From Candidatus Aminicenantes bacterium (lineage in GTDB: Bacteria; Acidobacteriota; Aminicenantia; Aminicenantales; UBA4085), in the NCBI GenBank assembly GCA_963783665.1, contig CAWANZ010000002.1, positions 971,701 to 1,035,700 on the forward strand: a DNA stretch of 64,000 nucleotides, read 5' to 3'. Of the stretch, positions 34,472 through 43,850 are shown one piece after another (position 1 is the stretch's first letter; every line of letters starts with the position of its first letter). The notes under the pieces are model-generated. The model was not told the origin of the DNA. It saw nothing but the letters and a program-made list of their open reading frames with translations, and ran no database searches. The position numbers and the translations under genes were made by a program.

Positions 34472-35372
34472 GCGACCTGTTGAAAATCTCAGGACTCGGC
34501 AAGGACTTCGGCCGGAAGAAGGTCCTGCGCGACGTAACGCTCACCCTCGAGCCCGGCCGCGTGTACGGTTTATTGGGGCGCAACGGCGAAGGCAAAACAA
34601 CCCTGGCCCGGATCCTGATGGGCGTCATCCCCGCTTCCCGGGGCGTCGTGGTGTTCAAAGGCGAAAAAATCGACTTCCGCTCCGCCTCTTACAAGCGGGA
34701 GATCGGCTACATCCCGGAGGACCCGTTCTTTTACAGCGAGATGAAAACCGGGGAATTCCTCAAGTTCAACAGCCGTTTCTATCCCCGGTGGGACGCAGCC
34801 CGGGTTCGTTCCAACGTTCGAATCGCTCGGTCTTGACCCGAAGGCTCGCATCAGCGACATGTCCCGCGGCCAGAAGCTCCAGCTCGGATTCGTGGCCGCC
34901 GTCGGAGCGGCTCCGGACGTCCTCCTCCTCGACGACCCGACCTCCGGCCTTGACGTCCCGACCCGGCATGATTTCCTCCGCAACATCATCCGCGACCTGG
35001 CCGAACGCGGAACGGCGATCCTCTTCGCCACCCACATGGTCCACGAGCTGGAGCGGGTCGTCGACCACCTGTTTATCCTCCAGGGCGGCCGGATCACGCT
35101 CGACCGGAGCTTCGAGGACGTTAAAACCCTCGCCCGGCGCATCCGCCTTCGCTTCGACGGCGCTCCGCCGGATAAGCTCCCGATCGAAGGCGTCCTATCG
35201 CTCAAAAGGGAACCGGGCCTGCTCGAAGCGATTGTCTTTCCCTGGGACGAGAAAGCCCGAAAATCAAATTCGCTCCCTTTCTCTGACCCATTTCGAAATC
35301 GAGCCGCTTTCGCTCGAAGAGATTTTCACGGGATTCGTCGGTTCCGGTCCGGGCCGCCCGGACGCAAAATAA
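34468..35372 (+). CDS. ABC transporter ATP-binding protein; two frame changes
   Basis: Walker A GRNGEGKTTLARIL. Signature/Walker B region MSRGQKLQLGFVAAVGAAPDVLLLDDPTSGLDV and H-loop FATHMVHELE lie in the frame of ORF 34859..37294. The C-terminus ...LSLEEIFTGF reads to a stop at 35370-35372 in a third frame. Confidence 0.75.
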
Positions 35373-35383
35373 GGGATAAAGCC

Positions 35384-37294
35384 ATGAATAAAAACCTGAT
35401 ATTGAAGGAATGGAAGGAAAAGCTCTGGGTTCCGATTTTCGCCCTGGTTTTTCTCGTCCTGTTCGCGATCGCCGCCGTCGCTTTTGCCAAGCACGGAGAC
35501 ATCCTCGATTATCTGACCGGCGGGATCCAGATTTTCTTCCTCCCGCTCATCGGCGTCCTCCTCGGGGCGAGCGCCTTCAGTGCCGAATTCAAGGACGGCT
35601 CCTGGGCTTATCTCTTTTCCCGGCCGATTAAAAAATCCTCGATCTGGATTTCGAAATTCGCCGCCCTGGCCGGCCTGCTGGCCGCAATCGTCGCCTTCAC
35701 GTATCTCATCCTTCCCCTCATCCCCGGCTTCAAAGAACGCCTGGCCGAAGCGCCGCTCTGGGGACTCAGCCTTTTTATTTCGTTCAGCGTGTATATCGCT
35801 TCCTTCTCCCTGGCCTATCTCTCTGAAAAGCCGGTCCTCACTTTTTTTCTGACGCTCTTTATCTTCACCGCCTTTGCCGTTCTCGCGGTACTCCTTATAA
35901 AAGCCCTCGACTTTTCTTCTTTCAGGTCCCGCTCCCTTCAGGACGTGCCGTTTCTTGTGATTCTATTCACCTTTCTGGGCATTTTCGCCCTCGGTGCGGC
36001 TTCGCTTTACGCCTTCTGCCGGACGGATTTTTCCCGCCCACAGTCCAAGATCTCCGGATTCCTGAAATCCCTCGTCGTCTTCCTGGCCATCGGGACGGTT
36101 ACCGGCGGCGCTGGATGGCTCATCGCCCGGCAATTCCCGCGCCCAACGTTTATTCGCATGATTTCCGACGGAGAAGGTTCCATACTGCATCTCAACCGGG
36201 GAGTCTTCCGTTATGATTCCCAGCGCAATCGGTTGGAGAAATTGATCCGTTTCCAAAGACAATACTGGCTTGCCAGCCCCGCAGTCGGCGGCGGAAAAAT
36301 CACATGGGCCAAGGAATCAGTCAAAGGTTCAAGGCAGCGGCTAACTTGGGACCAAGAGCTCTGGATCATGGATATCGATGGCCGCAACAAACGGGCTATT
36401 TTTCATACCTCAGACAAGCCCGATTCCCCGCTTGCCGGAGACATGATTTATCATCTCAGTGTCTCACCCGATGGGAAACGGCTGATTCTGGTTTCCGATC
36501 CGGGATCACGATCGGGACATAAAAGAATTTGTAGCCTCAACAACGATGGGACGGGTCTTCGCTTCTACAGCACCGATCTTACTTACCTCGACTGGATCAA
36601 CGGCCTGTGCTGGTCATCAGACAGTCGAAGGATCGTGTTCGCGGCGACGATCAGACCGTCTGAAAGAGCTTCAAACAAACAAACGATCCGATATTTTCTC
36701 CTGGACCTGGAGGCCGGAGAATGGACCATGCCGCCCGAAGACCTCAGAGGATTCTCTGTCTATGGCGCGTCGCCAGATGGCAAATTGCTGGGTTACTTCG
36801 GGACCGACACGGCCGATGCCGCCTCCCCGAAAGAGATGCTCCGCTATTACAATATCGATACAAACGCAATTTCCGACATCGTCGCCGTTTCGCGCATCCA
36901 GTTGGCTAAATGGAGCCCGGCGGGTGATCGGATCGCTTTCCTTGCCGACTCCGGCCGCCGCCTGGGAATCATATCCGTTTCTGAAAAAACGCTTCTTGCG
37001 GAAACAGCCCTTGAAAAAGCCGAAATTGAAGCCCGCATTCCGAGGTCCATGGCCTGGACCTTGGACGGACAGAAGATCATTCTGGCCGATTTCCGCAATT
37101 CCGTACACGTCCTGCGGATCTTCGATCAGGCTCTCCGCGAAATCAAATCATTCCCCATTCCTCGGGAAGATATCCCTCTCGAGCATCTCCCGCAGCTTTA
37201 CTCGACCGGGGATAAGATCCTCGTTATGGATTTCACCGCCTCCCGGCTCTGGTCCTTCGACCCGGCCACGGAGAAGTGGAAGAAGCTGCTTTGA
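35384..37294 (+). CDS. ABC-2-type permease (6 TM) fused to a C-terminal TolB-like beta-propeller (PD40/WD40-like repeats)
   Basis: Intact 636 aa within the frame of ORF 34859..37294, from MNKNLILKEWKEKLWVPIFALVFLVLF. Six hydrophobic segments up to about aa 290. Then repeated HLSVSPDGKRLILVSD / YGASPDGKLLGYF / AKWSPAGDRIAFLADS motifs typical of TolB/PD40 blades. Confidence 0.65.
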   Translation: MNKNLILKEWKEKLWVPIFALVFLVLFAIAAVAFAKHGDILDYLTGGIQIFFLPLIGVLLGASAFSAEFKDGSWAYLFSRPIKKSSIWISKFAALAGLLAAIVAFTYLILPLIPGFKERLAEAPLWGLSLFISFSVYIASFSLAYLSEKPVLTFFLTLFIFTAFAVLAVLLIKALDFSSFRSRSLQDVPFLVILFTFLGIFALGAASLYAFCRTDFSRPQSKISGFLKSLVVFLAIGTVTGGAGWLIARQFPRPTFIRMISDGEGSILHLNRGVFRYDSQRNRLEKLIRFQRQYWLASPAVGGGKITWAKESVKGSRQRLTWDQELWIMDIDGRNKRAIFHTSDKPDSPLAGDMIYHLSVSPDGKRLILVSDPGSRSGHKRICSLNNDGTGLRFYSTDLTYLDWINGLCWSSDSRRIVFAATIRPSERASNKQTIRYFLLDLEAGEWTMPPEDLRGFSVYGASPDGKLLGYFGTDTADAASPKEMLRYYNIDTNAISDIVAVSRIQLAKWSPAGDRIAFLADSGRRLGIISVSEKTLLAETALEKAEIEARIPRSMAWTLDGQKIILADFRNSVHVLRIFDQALREIKSFPIPREDIPLEHLPQLYSTGDKILVMDFTASRLWSFDPATEKWKKLL

Positions 37295-37296
37295 AT

Positions 37297-37321
37297 TCGG
37301 GAGTTGAGTAACCTGGCCCCG
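37297..37321. repeat. solo half-copy (one arm) of the 32110-type palindromic element
   Basis: tcgggagttgagtaacctggccccg begins 3 nt after the permease stop (tga 37292-37294). The flanks gaat...gaatta match the full copy at 37861. Confidence 0.6.
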
Positions 37322-37341
37322 AATTATCGGAATGCGGAAGA

Positions 37342-37839
37342 CTAAAAGAACACGGCGACGGCGATGCCGACGAGCCAGCCGGCTAAAACGTCCGAAAAAT
37401 AATGCATCCCTAGGATGATCCGGGAAACCCCGACGGCCAACGCCCAAAGAACGACCGCCGCTCCAATAGCCGGCGACAAGTAAATGACCGCTAGCACGGC
37501 GAGAATCGCCGCCCGATTGGCATGTCCTGAGGGGAAGGAATGCGGGTCGACCAGGCGGTCAAACGCGCCCCAGCGCCCGTCAGGCCGGCGCCGTTTGAAC
37601 GCGAGCTTTAGCAAGCCGGTCAAAAACGTCCCAATCACCAGGGCTAACCCCGCTTTCCAGGCTCCGGCTTTCCATGGATCTTTGGTGAACAACCAGATCA
37701 ATCCGGCCGCCGGAAAAAGAATAGTCGTGTCGGCCGTATGGGCTAGGACGGCGAAAATCCACCGCCCCCTCCCCTCCCCCATTTTATGCAGCCGGGCGCT
37801 CCCTTCCGCGTCCCGGCGAATCAAACTTTCGAATATCAT
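37342..37839 (-). CDS. PAP2-superfamily phosphatase (membrane, acid-phosphatase / undecaprenyl-PP-phosphatase-like)
   Basis: Intact 165 aa. PAP2 motifs KLAFKRRRP, PSGH and SRIILGMHYFSD. Confidence 0.75.
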   Translation of the reverse strand: MIFESLIRRDAEGSARLHKMGEGRGRWIFAVLAHTADTTILFPAAGLIWLFTKDPWKAGAWKAGLALVIGTFLTGLLKLAFKRRRPDGRWGAFDRLVDPHSFPSGHANRAAILAVLAVIYLSPAIGAAVVLWALAVGVSRIILGMHYFSDVLAGWLVGIAVAVFF

Positions 37840-37860
37840 TCACCGGTATTATAACGAAAT

Positions 37861-37919
37861 CGGGGCCAGGTTACTCAACTCCCGAATTCGAATTCGGGAG
37901 TTGAGTAACCTGGCCCCGA
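37861..37919. repeat. second full copy of the palindromic element; a perfect 59-bp palindrome
   Basis: cggggccaggttactcaactcccga-attcgaat-tcgggagttgagtaacctggccccg. The spacer completes the palindrome (cccgaattcgaattcggg). It lies in the divergent region between the PAP2 (minus) and kbl (plus) starts. Confidence 0.8.
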
Positions 37920-37996
37920 ATTACTTTCCTTGTGGTATCATGATGTCAGACGGCTGCCCGGACGGCCGGGCCTGACCGGGCACGAGGAGGATTCCC

Positions 37997-39259
37997 ATGT
38001 ATCAGCGCATTAAATACGACTTCGCCCAGGAACTGGTCAAGATCAAGAGCTCGGGGCTGTATAAAGAGGAGCGGACCATTCTGTCCGAGCAGAAGCCCAA
38101 CATCCGGGTGGAGTTTCCGACCGGAAGCGAACCGCGCGACGTCTTGAACTTCTGCGCCAACAACTACCTCGGATTGGCCAACCATCCGAAGATCATCGAG
38201 GCCGCCCGCAAAGCCCTGGACGAGCACGGCTTCGGCATGGCCTCGGTCCGGTTCATCTGCGGAACGCAGGACCTCCACAAAACCCTCGAGCAGAAAATCG
38301 CCGCGTTCTTCCATATGGAAGACACGATCCTCTATTCCTCCTGCTTCGACGCCAACGGCGGCCTGTTCGAAACCCTCCTCGGCGTGGAGGACGCGGTCGT
38401 CACCGACTCTCTCAACCACGCCTCGATCATCGACGGCATCCGCCTGTGCAAAGCCAAGCGCTTCATCTACGACCACGCCGATATGGCCTCGCTCGAGAAA
38501 GCCCTGAAGAAAGCCCGCGAAGGCATGGACGTCTGGGACGGGCCCGGCCTGGACAAGGAGCCCGTTCCGGCCCGGAACATCATGATCGTCACCGACGGCG
38601 TTTTTTCCATGGACGGCGACATCGCCGACATCCGCCGGATCGTCGAGCTGGGCAACACCTACGACACCCTCGTCGTCGTCGACGATTCCCACGGCACCGG
38701 CGTCCTCGGGGCCACCGGCCGCGGCTCGGTCGAGGAAGCGGGCATGCTCGGCCAGGTCGACGTCATCACCTCGACCCTGGGCAAGGCCATGGGCGGGGCG
38801 ACCGGCGGCTTCATCACCGGCCGCCGCGAGATCATCGAGATCCTCCGCCAGAAATCCCGGCCTTACCTTTTCTCCAACACCGTCGCCCCGGTCATCGTCG
38901 CCGCCGGCATCGCCGCCTTCGACCTCCTCGCCCAGGGCCAGGGGCTGCGGGAGAAGCTCAAGGAAAACACCCTCTACTTCCGCGGCGCGATGAAATCCCT
39001 CGGGTTCGACATCATCGACGGCGTCCACCCGATCGTCCCGGTTCTTTTCCGCAAATTCGAAAACGACGCCAAGCTGGCTCAGCAGATGGCCCGGGCGCTG
39101 TACGAGGAAGGGATTTATGTCGTCGGATTCGTTTTCCCGGTCGTGCCCAAGGGCCAGTCCCGGATCCGCGTCCAGGTTTCCGCCGCCCATACCCGGGAGC
39201 AGATGGACCAGGCGATCCGGGCCTTCGAAAAAGTCGGCCGCAATCTCGGCGTGATCTGA
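37997..39259 (+). CDS. kbl: glycine C-acetyltransferase (2-amino-3-ketobutyrate CoA ligase), PLP-dependent
   Basis: Intact 420 aa. Near-collinear with E. coli Kbl: NFCANNYLGLANHP ... HGFGMASVRFICGTQDLHKTLEQKIAAFFHMEDTILYSSCFDANGGLFETLLG ... LNHASIIDGIRLCKAKR. The PLP-lysine region is STLGKAMGGATGG. Confidence 0.85.
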   Translation: MYQRIKYDFAQELVKIKSSGLYKEERTILSEQKPNIRVEFPTGSEPRDVLNFCANNYLGLANHPKIIEAARKALDEHGFGMASVRFICGTQDLHKTLEQKIAAFFHMEDTILYSSCFDANGGLFETLLGVEDAVVTDSLNHASIIDGIRLCKAKRFIYDHADMASLEKALKKAREGMDVWDGPGLDKEPVPARNIMIVTDGVFSMDGDIADIRRIVELGNTYDTLVVVDDSHGTGVLGATGRGSVEEAGMLGQVDVITSTLGKAMGGATGGFITGRREIIEILRQKSRPYLFSNTVAPVIVAAGIAAFDLLAQGQGLREKLKENTLYFRGAMKSLGFDIIDGVHPIVPVLFRKFENDAKLAQQMARALYEEGIYVVGFVFPVVPKGQSRIRVQVSAAHTREQMDQAIRAFEKVGRNLGVI

Positions 39260-39260
39260 T

Positions 39261-41288
39261 TTACTTGAGTGATATCGAGGCGGCGGCATTCGCGTCGAAG
39301 CGCCAGATGAGAGCGGCTCCGAAGCGGGCCTCCTCGATGAAATAGGGATTGGTACGGAACCACGATTCCGGCAACAGCTCGACGCCCTCGTAGGCGGCAC
39401 TCCCCCGTTTCTCCGCAAGATAAACGTAATCCAGCCGTTCCCGAAGGAAAATCAGGGCCAGCGCTTCGGGATTCCCCTGCGTCGCCTGAATGTCCGCAAC
39501 CAGCCGCGTGGCCCGGCGCGGATCGATGTCCGAAGGCAGCCTTTCCGTGGCAAACTGGAGGGGGAGAAAAGGAATCCAGCGTCGGGTGAAATAGGGCATC
39601 CACCAGCCCGCGTCCGAACCCACCGCCGCCGTGTTGTTGAAGGCCAGGGTTGCATTCGTCAGAAATCGGGCTTTCTTCGGCGTATGCAACCGGATCCAGC
39701 GAAAGGCGTCGACGTCGTTTTTCTCAACCATTTGATAAAACGGATCGACCATCCGGGCCTGGCGTCCGAATCCGAAAGCCAGGGACGCGGCGATCGCCGC
39801 CGCAACCGCGATCCGACCGATCTTGATCCGGTCGAGCCGCACGGCCGCTTCGCCGACCGCGGAACCGGCCAGCCAGGCGATCGGAACGTAGAGCATGACG
39901 AGGAGGACGAAATTGCTTTCAATCCCGGTCCCGGGGAGGCGGAAGAGATAGGGATTGGCCGCGATGAAGGCGATCCCGATCCAGAGAACGAGGTCGGCGG
40001 CCAGCTTCCGATTCCGAAAGAGGGAAACGGCCAAAGAGACCGCGCCCGCGATCCAGAACCGCGGCCCGATATAAAATCCAAGCCGGGTCCACAGCCCGAT
40101 GTCCGTAACCCGCGGCCCCACGTCGGTCCGCATCGAAATCTTGATCCTTTGGGGCGTCCCGCCGCCTAAAATGGCGGGGATCCAGGGCGAAACCAGGGCC
40201 AAGGCCCCCAGGCCGGCCGCGACAAGCCGCCACATCCGGGCCCACCATTCGGCGAGCGATTTGCGGAATTCCCAGAGCGCGCGAAGCGACCAGGCGGCCG
40301 CAGCGCAGAGGGCGATGATCGTGACGCGATAATGGGCCATGAACATCCCGGTAAAAAGAAGAGACAAAAGTCCGATCGTTCCCGCTTTCGGCCGACGCGT
40401 GTCCCGCCAGAAAACGTCGAGAAACCAGATCAACGCCGGCAGAACGACCAGCGCGGTCAGCTGCGTGTACCGGCCCCAGTTGACGGAGAATCCAGGCATA
40501 ACCGAAAAAAGGCCGGCCGTCGCAACCGCCCCGAGCCCGGCCCAAACCGAACGTCCCAACCTCACGCCGACCGGGTAGAGCGTCAGTACGGCGAGGGCGT
40601 TCAAAGCCTGCCCCGCGGCCAGGACGGCCTGGATCGCCGGAACTCCGGCCGTAACCGCCCAGGCCGCGGAAGCAGAATGAAAGCCGAAGTGATACGTGAA
40701 CGTCGTCATCGGGGCATACGGCGCCCAGGAAGAAAACAGCCCCTTATTTTCGACCAGGAGACGGACGATCATCGTATGATGGACGGAATCGCCCCATAAG
40801 GGGGCGACGAGCCCGCGGACCGCGATCATCCGGGCGACGAACACCGCGGCCAGGAGGACGACGAAATAAACGGAATCGAGGGCCGGGCGCTTTTTTATCG
40901 CCGCGACGATTTTCGTTTTCCAGCCCTTCCCCCCGATGAAGACATTCCGATTCATCCAAACCAGGCCGATCGCGCCCAGGAAACCCGGGAGGACGAGAAG
41001 CGTTCCGGTCACGGGGATATGAACCAGCCGGGCGGCCAGATACAGAAACGGATAAACGGGAACGCTTAAGGCCGGCGCCAGCCCGGCTTTCATCTTCCAG
41101 GAGAGGCCGGCCGAAGGTCCGACCGCCCGAAGAAGCGCCCATCCGGGAAGGAGATAAAGAAATCCGCCGACGGCCAAATCGCGGAAAAGGGACAGGGCGA
41201 AATTCACGAACCCTATTGTGTCCGAAGACCGGGAGCCGGTCAACTCCGCGGCTCGCGGTTCCAAACTTATTTTCTCCGAAGTTGTCAT
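39261..41288 (-). CDS. large polytopic membrane protein (675 aa); possibly a GT-C-type glycosyltransferase or related membrane protein
   Basis: Intact ORF with more than 12 predicted TM helices and a C-terminal soluble domain of about 170 aa. No diagnostic motif was recognised. Confidence 0.45.
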   Translation of the reverse strand: MTTSEKISLEPRAAELTGSRSSDTIGFVNFALSLFRDLAVGGFLYLLPGWALLRAVGPSAGLSWKMKAGLAPALSVPVYPFLYLAARLVHIPVTGTLLVLPGFLGAIGLVWMNRNVFIGGKGWKTKIVAAIKKRPALDSVYFVVLLAAVFVARMIAVRGLVAPLWGDSVHHTMIVRLLVENKGLFSSWAPYAPMTTFTYHFGFHSASAAWAVTAGVPAIQAVLAAGQALNALAVLTLYPVGVRLGRSVWAGLGAVATAGLFSVMPGFSVNWGRYTQLTALVVLPALIWFLDVFWRDTRRPKAGTIGLLSLLFTGMFMAHYRVTIIALCAAAAWSLRALWEFRKSLAEWWARMWRLVAAGLGALALVSPWIPAILGGGTPQRIKISMRTDVGPRVTDIGLWTRLGFYIGPRFWIAGAVSLAVSLFRNRKLAADLVLWIGIAFIAANPYLFRLPGTGIESNFVLLVMLYVPIAWLAGSAVGEAAVRLDRIKIGRIAVAAAIAASLAFGFGRQARMVDPFYQMVEKNDVDAFRWIRLHTPKKARFLTNATLAFNNTAAVGSDAGWWMPYFTRRWIPFLPLQFATERLPSDIDPRRATRLVADIQATQGNPEALALIFLRERLDYVYLAEKRGSAAYEGVELLPESWFRTNPYFIEEARFGAALIWRFDANAAASISLK

Positions 41289-41375
41289 TTACATGAGCCC
41301 GGAATAAAATGGGCCTCAAAGGTACCCGTCTCGTGCCCCGATTGAATACGGGTTATGATTTCGCAAGGAGGGAAA

Positions 41376-42284
41376 ATGAAATCTTTGAAGCAGACCCTGG
41401 TGTTCGTGTCGTTGGCCGCATTCCTTGCCGGGCTGCCGGCGGCGGCGGATTACGGCGGAAAGAAAATCGAGTTCACCCTGTACGGGGGATACTCGCTCTC
41501 CTCCGGCACGGGAACGGCTTCAGGCAATCCTGCCGACCTGTATATCGGTAACTGGTCGCCGTTCTTCGGGGGCGGCTACGACGAATTCGGGTGGCTCATC
41601 GACATGGCCAATCTCGATTCGGTCATCGGGAAAAGCATCCTGGAGAGAAAGAGCGGTCCGCAATTCGGCTTCAAAGTCGGATTCAGGGTCAACCCGAGCA
41701 TCCAGGTCGAAGGCTTTTTCGAGTTCTGCCTGAGCAAATTCCGATTCACGGACGCGGCCTGGGGCCAGTACGAGGAGACGATCACGGCGGGCATGGACTT
41801 GCTGGAATCGATAGACCGGAATCCCAACGCAACCAATCTTTCCATGAGGGAAGAGGGCAAGGCCATGACCTTCGGACTGAACATCAATTTCGACCTGGCC
41901 ATGGACGGAATGGTCATTCCCTATGTCTCCGTGGGAGGCGTCGTCTCCCTGCTCCAGGGTTTCCCTTCGCTCGATTATGCCCTTGAACAATCCTTGGGGT
42001 CGAGTTCGGCCACATACGGCTTCATGCTGGATTACGCCGACGTCACGGCCATCGGCTTTGGCGGGGGGATCGGGGCTCGGATCTACATGGGCGAAAATAT
42101 GGGGATCAAGATCGAGGCCCGGGGAACCTACCTGCCGATCAAGGTCGAACAGCGCTATGCGGCGACGTTTGACCGGGTCGGCACGGCATTCTTCATTTTT
42201 CCGGAGTATGAGGCCATCGCCGCTGTGGAGAAAATCAACTCGTTCGTCATCACCCTGAACGCGGGATTTTTCTTCGGCCTGTAA
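41376..42284 (+). CDS. outer-membrane beta-barrel protein (OmpA-like barrel / porin family) with a signal peptide
   Basis: AAGGAGGGA RBS, then ATG 41376. Signal MKSLKQTLVFVSLAAFLAGLPAAA. Alternating beta-strand pattern. C-terminal ...LNAGFFFGL ending in aromatic-x-hydrophobic, as expected for OMP insertion. Confidence 0.5.
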   Translation: MKSLKQTLVFVSLAAFLAGLPAAADYGGKKIEFTLYGGYSLSSGTGTASGNPADLYIGNWSPFFGGGYDEFGWLIDMANLDSVIGKSILERKSGPQFGFKVGFRVNPSIQVEGFFEFCLSKFRFTDAAWGQYEETITAGMDLLESIDRNPNATNLSMREEGKAMTFGLNINFDLAMDGMVIPYVSVGGVVSLLQGFPSLDYALEQSLGSSSATYGFMLDYADVTAIGFGGGIGARIYMGENMGIKIEARGTYLPIKVEQRYAATFDRVGTAFFIFPEYEAIAAVEKINSFVITLNAGFFFGL

Positions 42285-42309
42285 GGCCTTCGCGGGAGAC
42301 GCCGTGATT

Positions 42310-42349
42310 CCGGGGGAAACCCGGGGCTGACGTCCCCGGGTTTCCCCGG
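42310..42349. terminator. GC-rich hairpin between convergent genes (possible bidirectional terminator)
   Basis: ccgggggaaacccgggg-ctgacgt-ccccgggtttccccgg, with a 16-17-bp stem and one bulge, between the OMP stop (42284) and the M56 stop (42370). No T run. Confidence 0.4.
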
Positions 42350-42369
42350 AACACTCGATTAAGAGGGCT

Positions 42370-43850
42370 TCACTTCACCGTTTTTTCCGACTTCGCCTTT
42401 CCGGCCAATGACTTTTCGTATTCCGCCATCATCTCGGTCGTCTTGGCCTGGATCTGCTTGAGTTTTTTTTCGAGATCGGCCTTCTCGGCGGGATCGGTCG
42501 TCTCACCGATTTTGGCCTTAAGGTCGGACTGCTTCGCTTTCAGCTCGCCGAGCATCTTTTTCATCTCGTCGGCCGAAAATCCGGACGAATCCCCGGCCAT
42601 GGATTTCATCTGAATCCCCTTCAGGGCTTCCTCTTTCTGCCGCAGCTTGACCATCTGGTCTTTCAGCTTGGCCTTCTCGTTCTCGTCCGCCGACTTCTCG
42701 TAAGCCGCCTTGATCGCCGCCTCCTTTTCCTTGAGCTCCGAGGCCATCGCTTTCAGCTCGGCCGGAGTCAATTCGGAAGGGGCGCCGTTTTTCAGGGAAA
42801 GCTCTTTCCGCTTCTGGGCGATCTTTTCGAGCTTCATTTTCAGCTCTTTTTTCGCGCCTTCATCGGACGTCGATTCCATCTGCTTGAGGACATCCGCTTC
42901 CATGGCCTGGAGCTTTTTCAGCTCTTCCTTGGCCTGGACGCTTTTTTCGTGAGACGGATCGGCGGCCTGGACTTTATCCAGGGCGGCCGGAGAGCCGGCG
43001 ACGAGGCGCGGCTGGGCGAAGGCCAGAACCAACCCGGCCACCAGGGGCAGGGCCAACAGAAACTTGAGCCGGGCCACGCCCGGCGATTTTATCCGAGACA
43101 ACATGATGATTCTCCTTTTGATCTGGGACTTCTTGAAATTGTTGCCGAACTCGAACAAACTGGCGCCCACGTTCTGCTCGAACATGTGCAGCTGGTACCG
43201 GACCGAGCTGAAGCCCTGCGCAATGACTCCCGAATCGGCCAGGTACTCGTGGGTTTCCTGAAGCGCTTTTTTGTATGGCCATACAAACGGATTGAACCAT
43301 TGAAGACTGAGGACGACCTCCATCAGGAGGACGTCGAGGGTGTGCTGCTGCCGGATATGGACGTGTTCATGAGCCAGGATCCGGCGGAGGTTCGCGTCGA
43401 GGGAGGGGCCCGGGTTGAGGAAGATGATGTCGAAAAAGGAGAAAGGGGAAAACAATCGCTCGACGGCGACGATCTTCACCCCGCGCAGGCGGCGGACCCC
43501 GTGGGTGCGGACGACGCGGCGAAGCTTGCGAAGCTGGAGGCCGAAGCCGCAGAAGGAAGAACAGGCCGCGCCCGCGCCATAGAGGATGACGAGGAGCTCG
43601 GCCAGACCGAAACCGCCTCCGGACACGGCCGAAGCCTGAGGAATTGCGCCCGAGGCCGGGACGATCAGGGTCTTGAAAGGGCGAGGTGATGGGAAAAGCG
43701 GGGATGAGGAGGGAAAGCCACAAGCCCGGAGACGAGGAAAATCCGGTTGAGCTGAAAGAACGTCTCCCGTTTCAGGAACAGCTCATAGATCAAGAAAAAA
43801 ACGGCCAGGCAGAGGCCGGATTGGACCAGGTAGAGGAGGAACGGTTTCAT
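42370..43850 (-). CDS. BlaR1/MecR1-like M56 zinc metallopeptidase transducer with an atypical Lys/Glu-rich coiled-coil C-terminal domain
   Basis: Four N-terminal TM helices (MKPFLLYLVQSGLCLAVFFLIY...). HEXXH motif ILAHEHVHIRQQH and downstream EYLADSGV. The C-terminal 230 aa are low-complexity (KEELKKLQAMEADVLKQ ... KAKLKDQMVKLRQKEEALK) rather than a penicillin-binding sensor domain. Confidence 0.75.
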
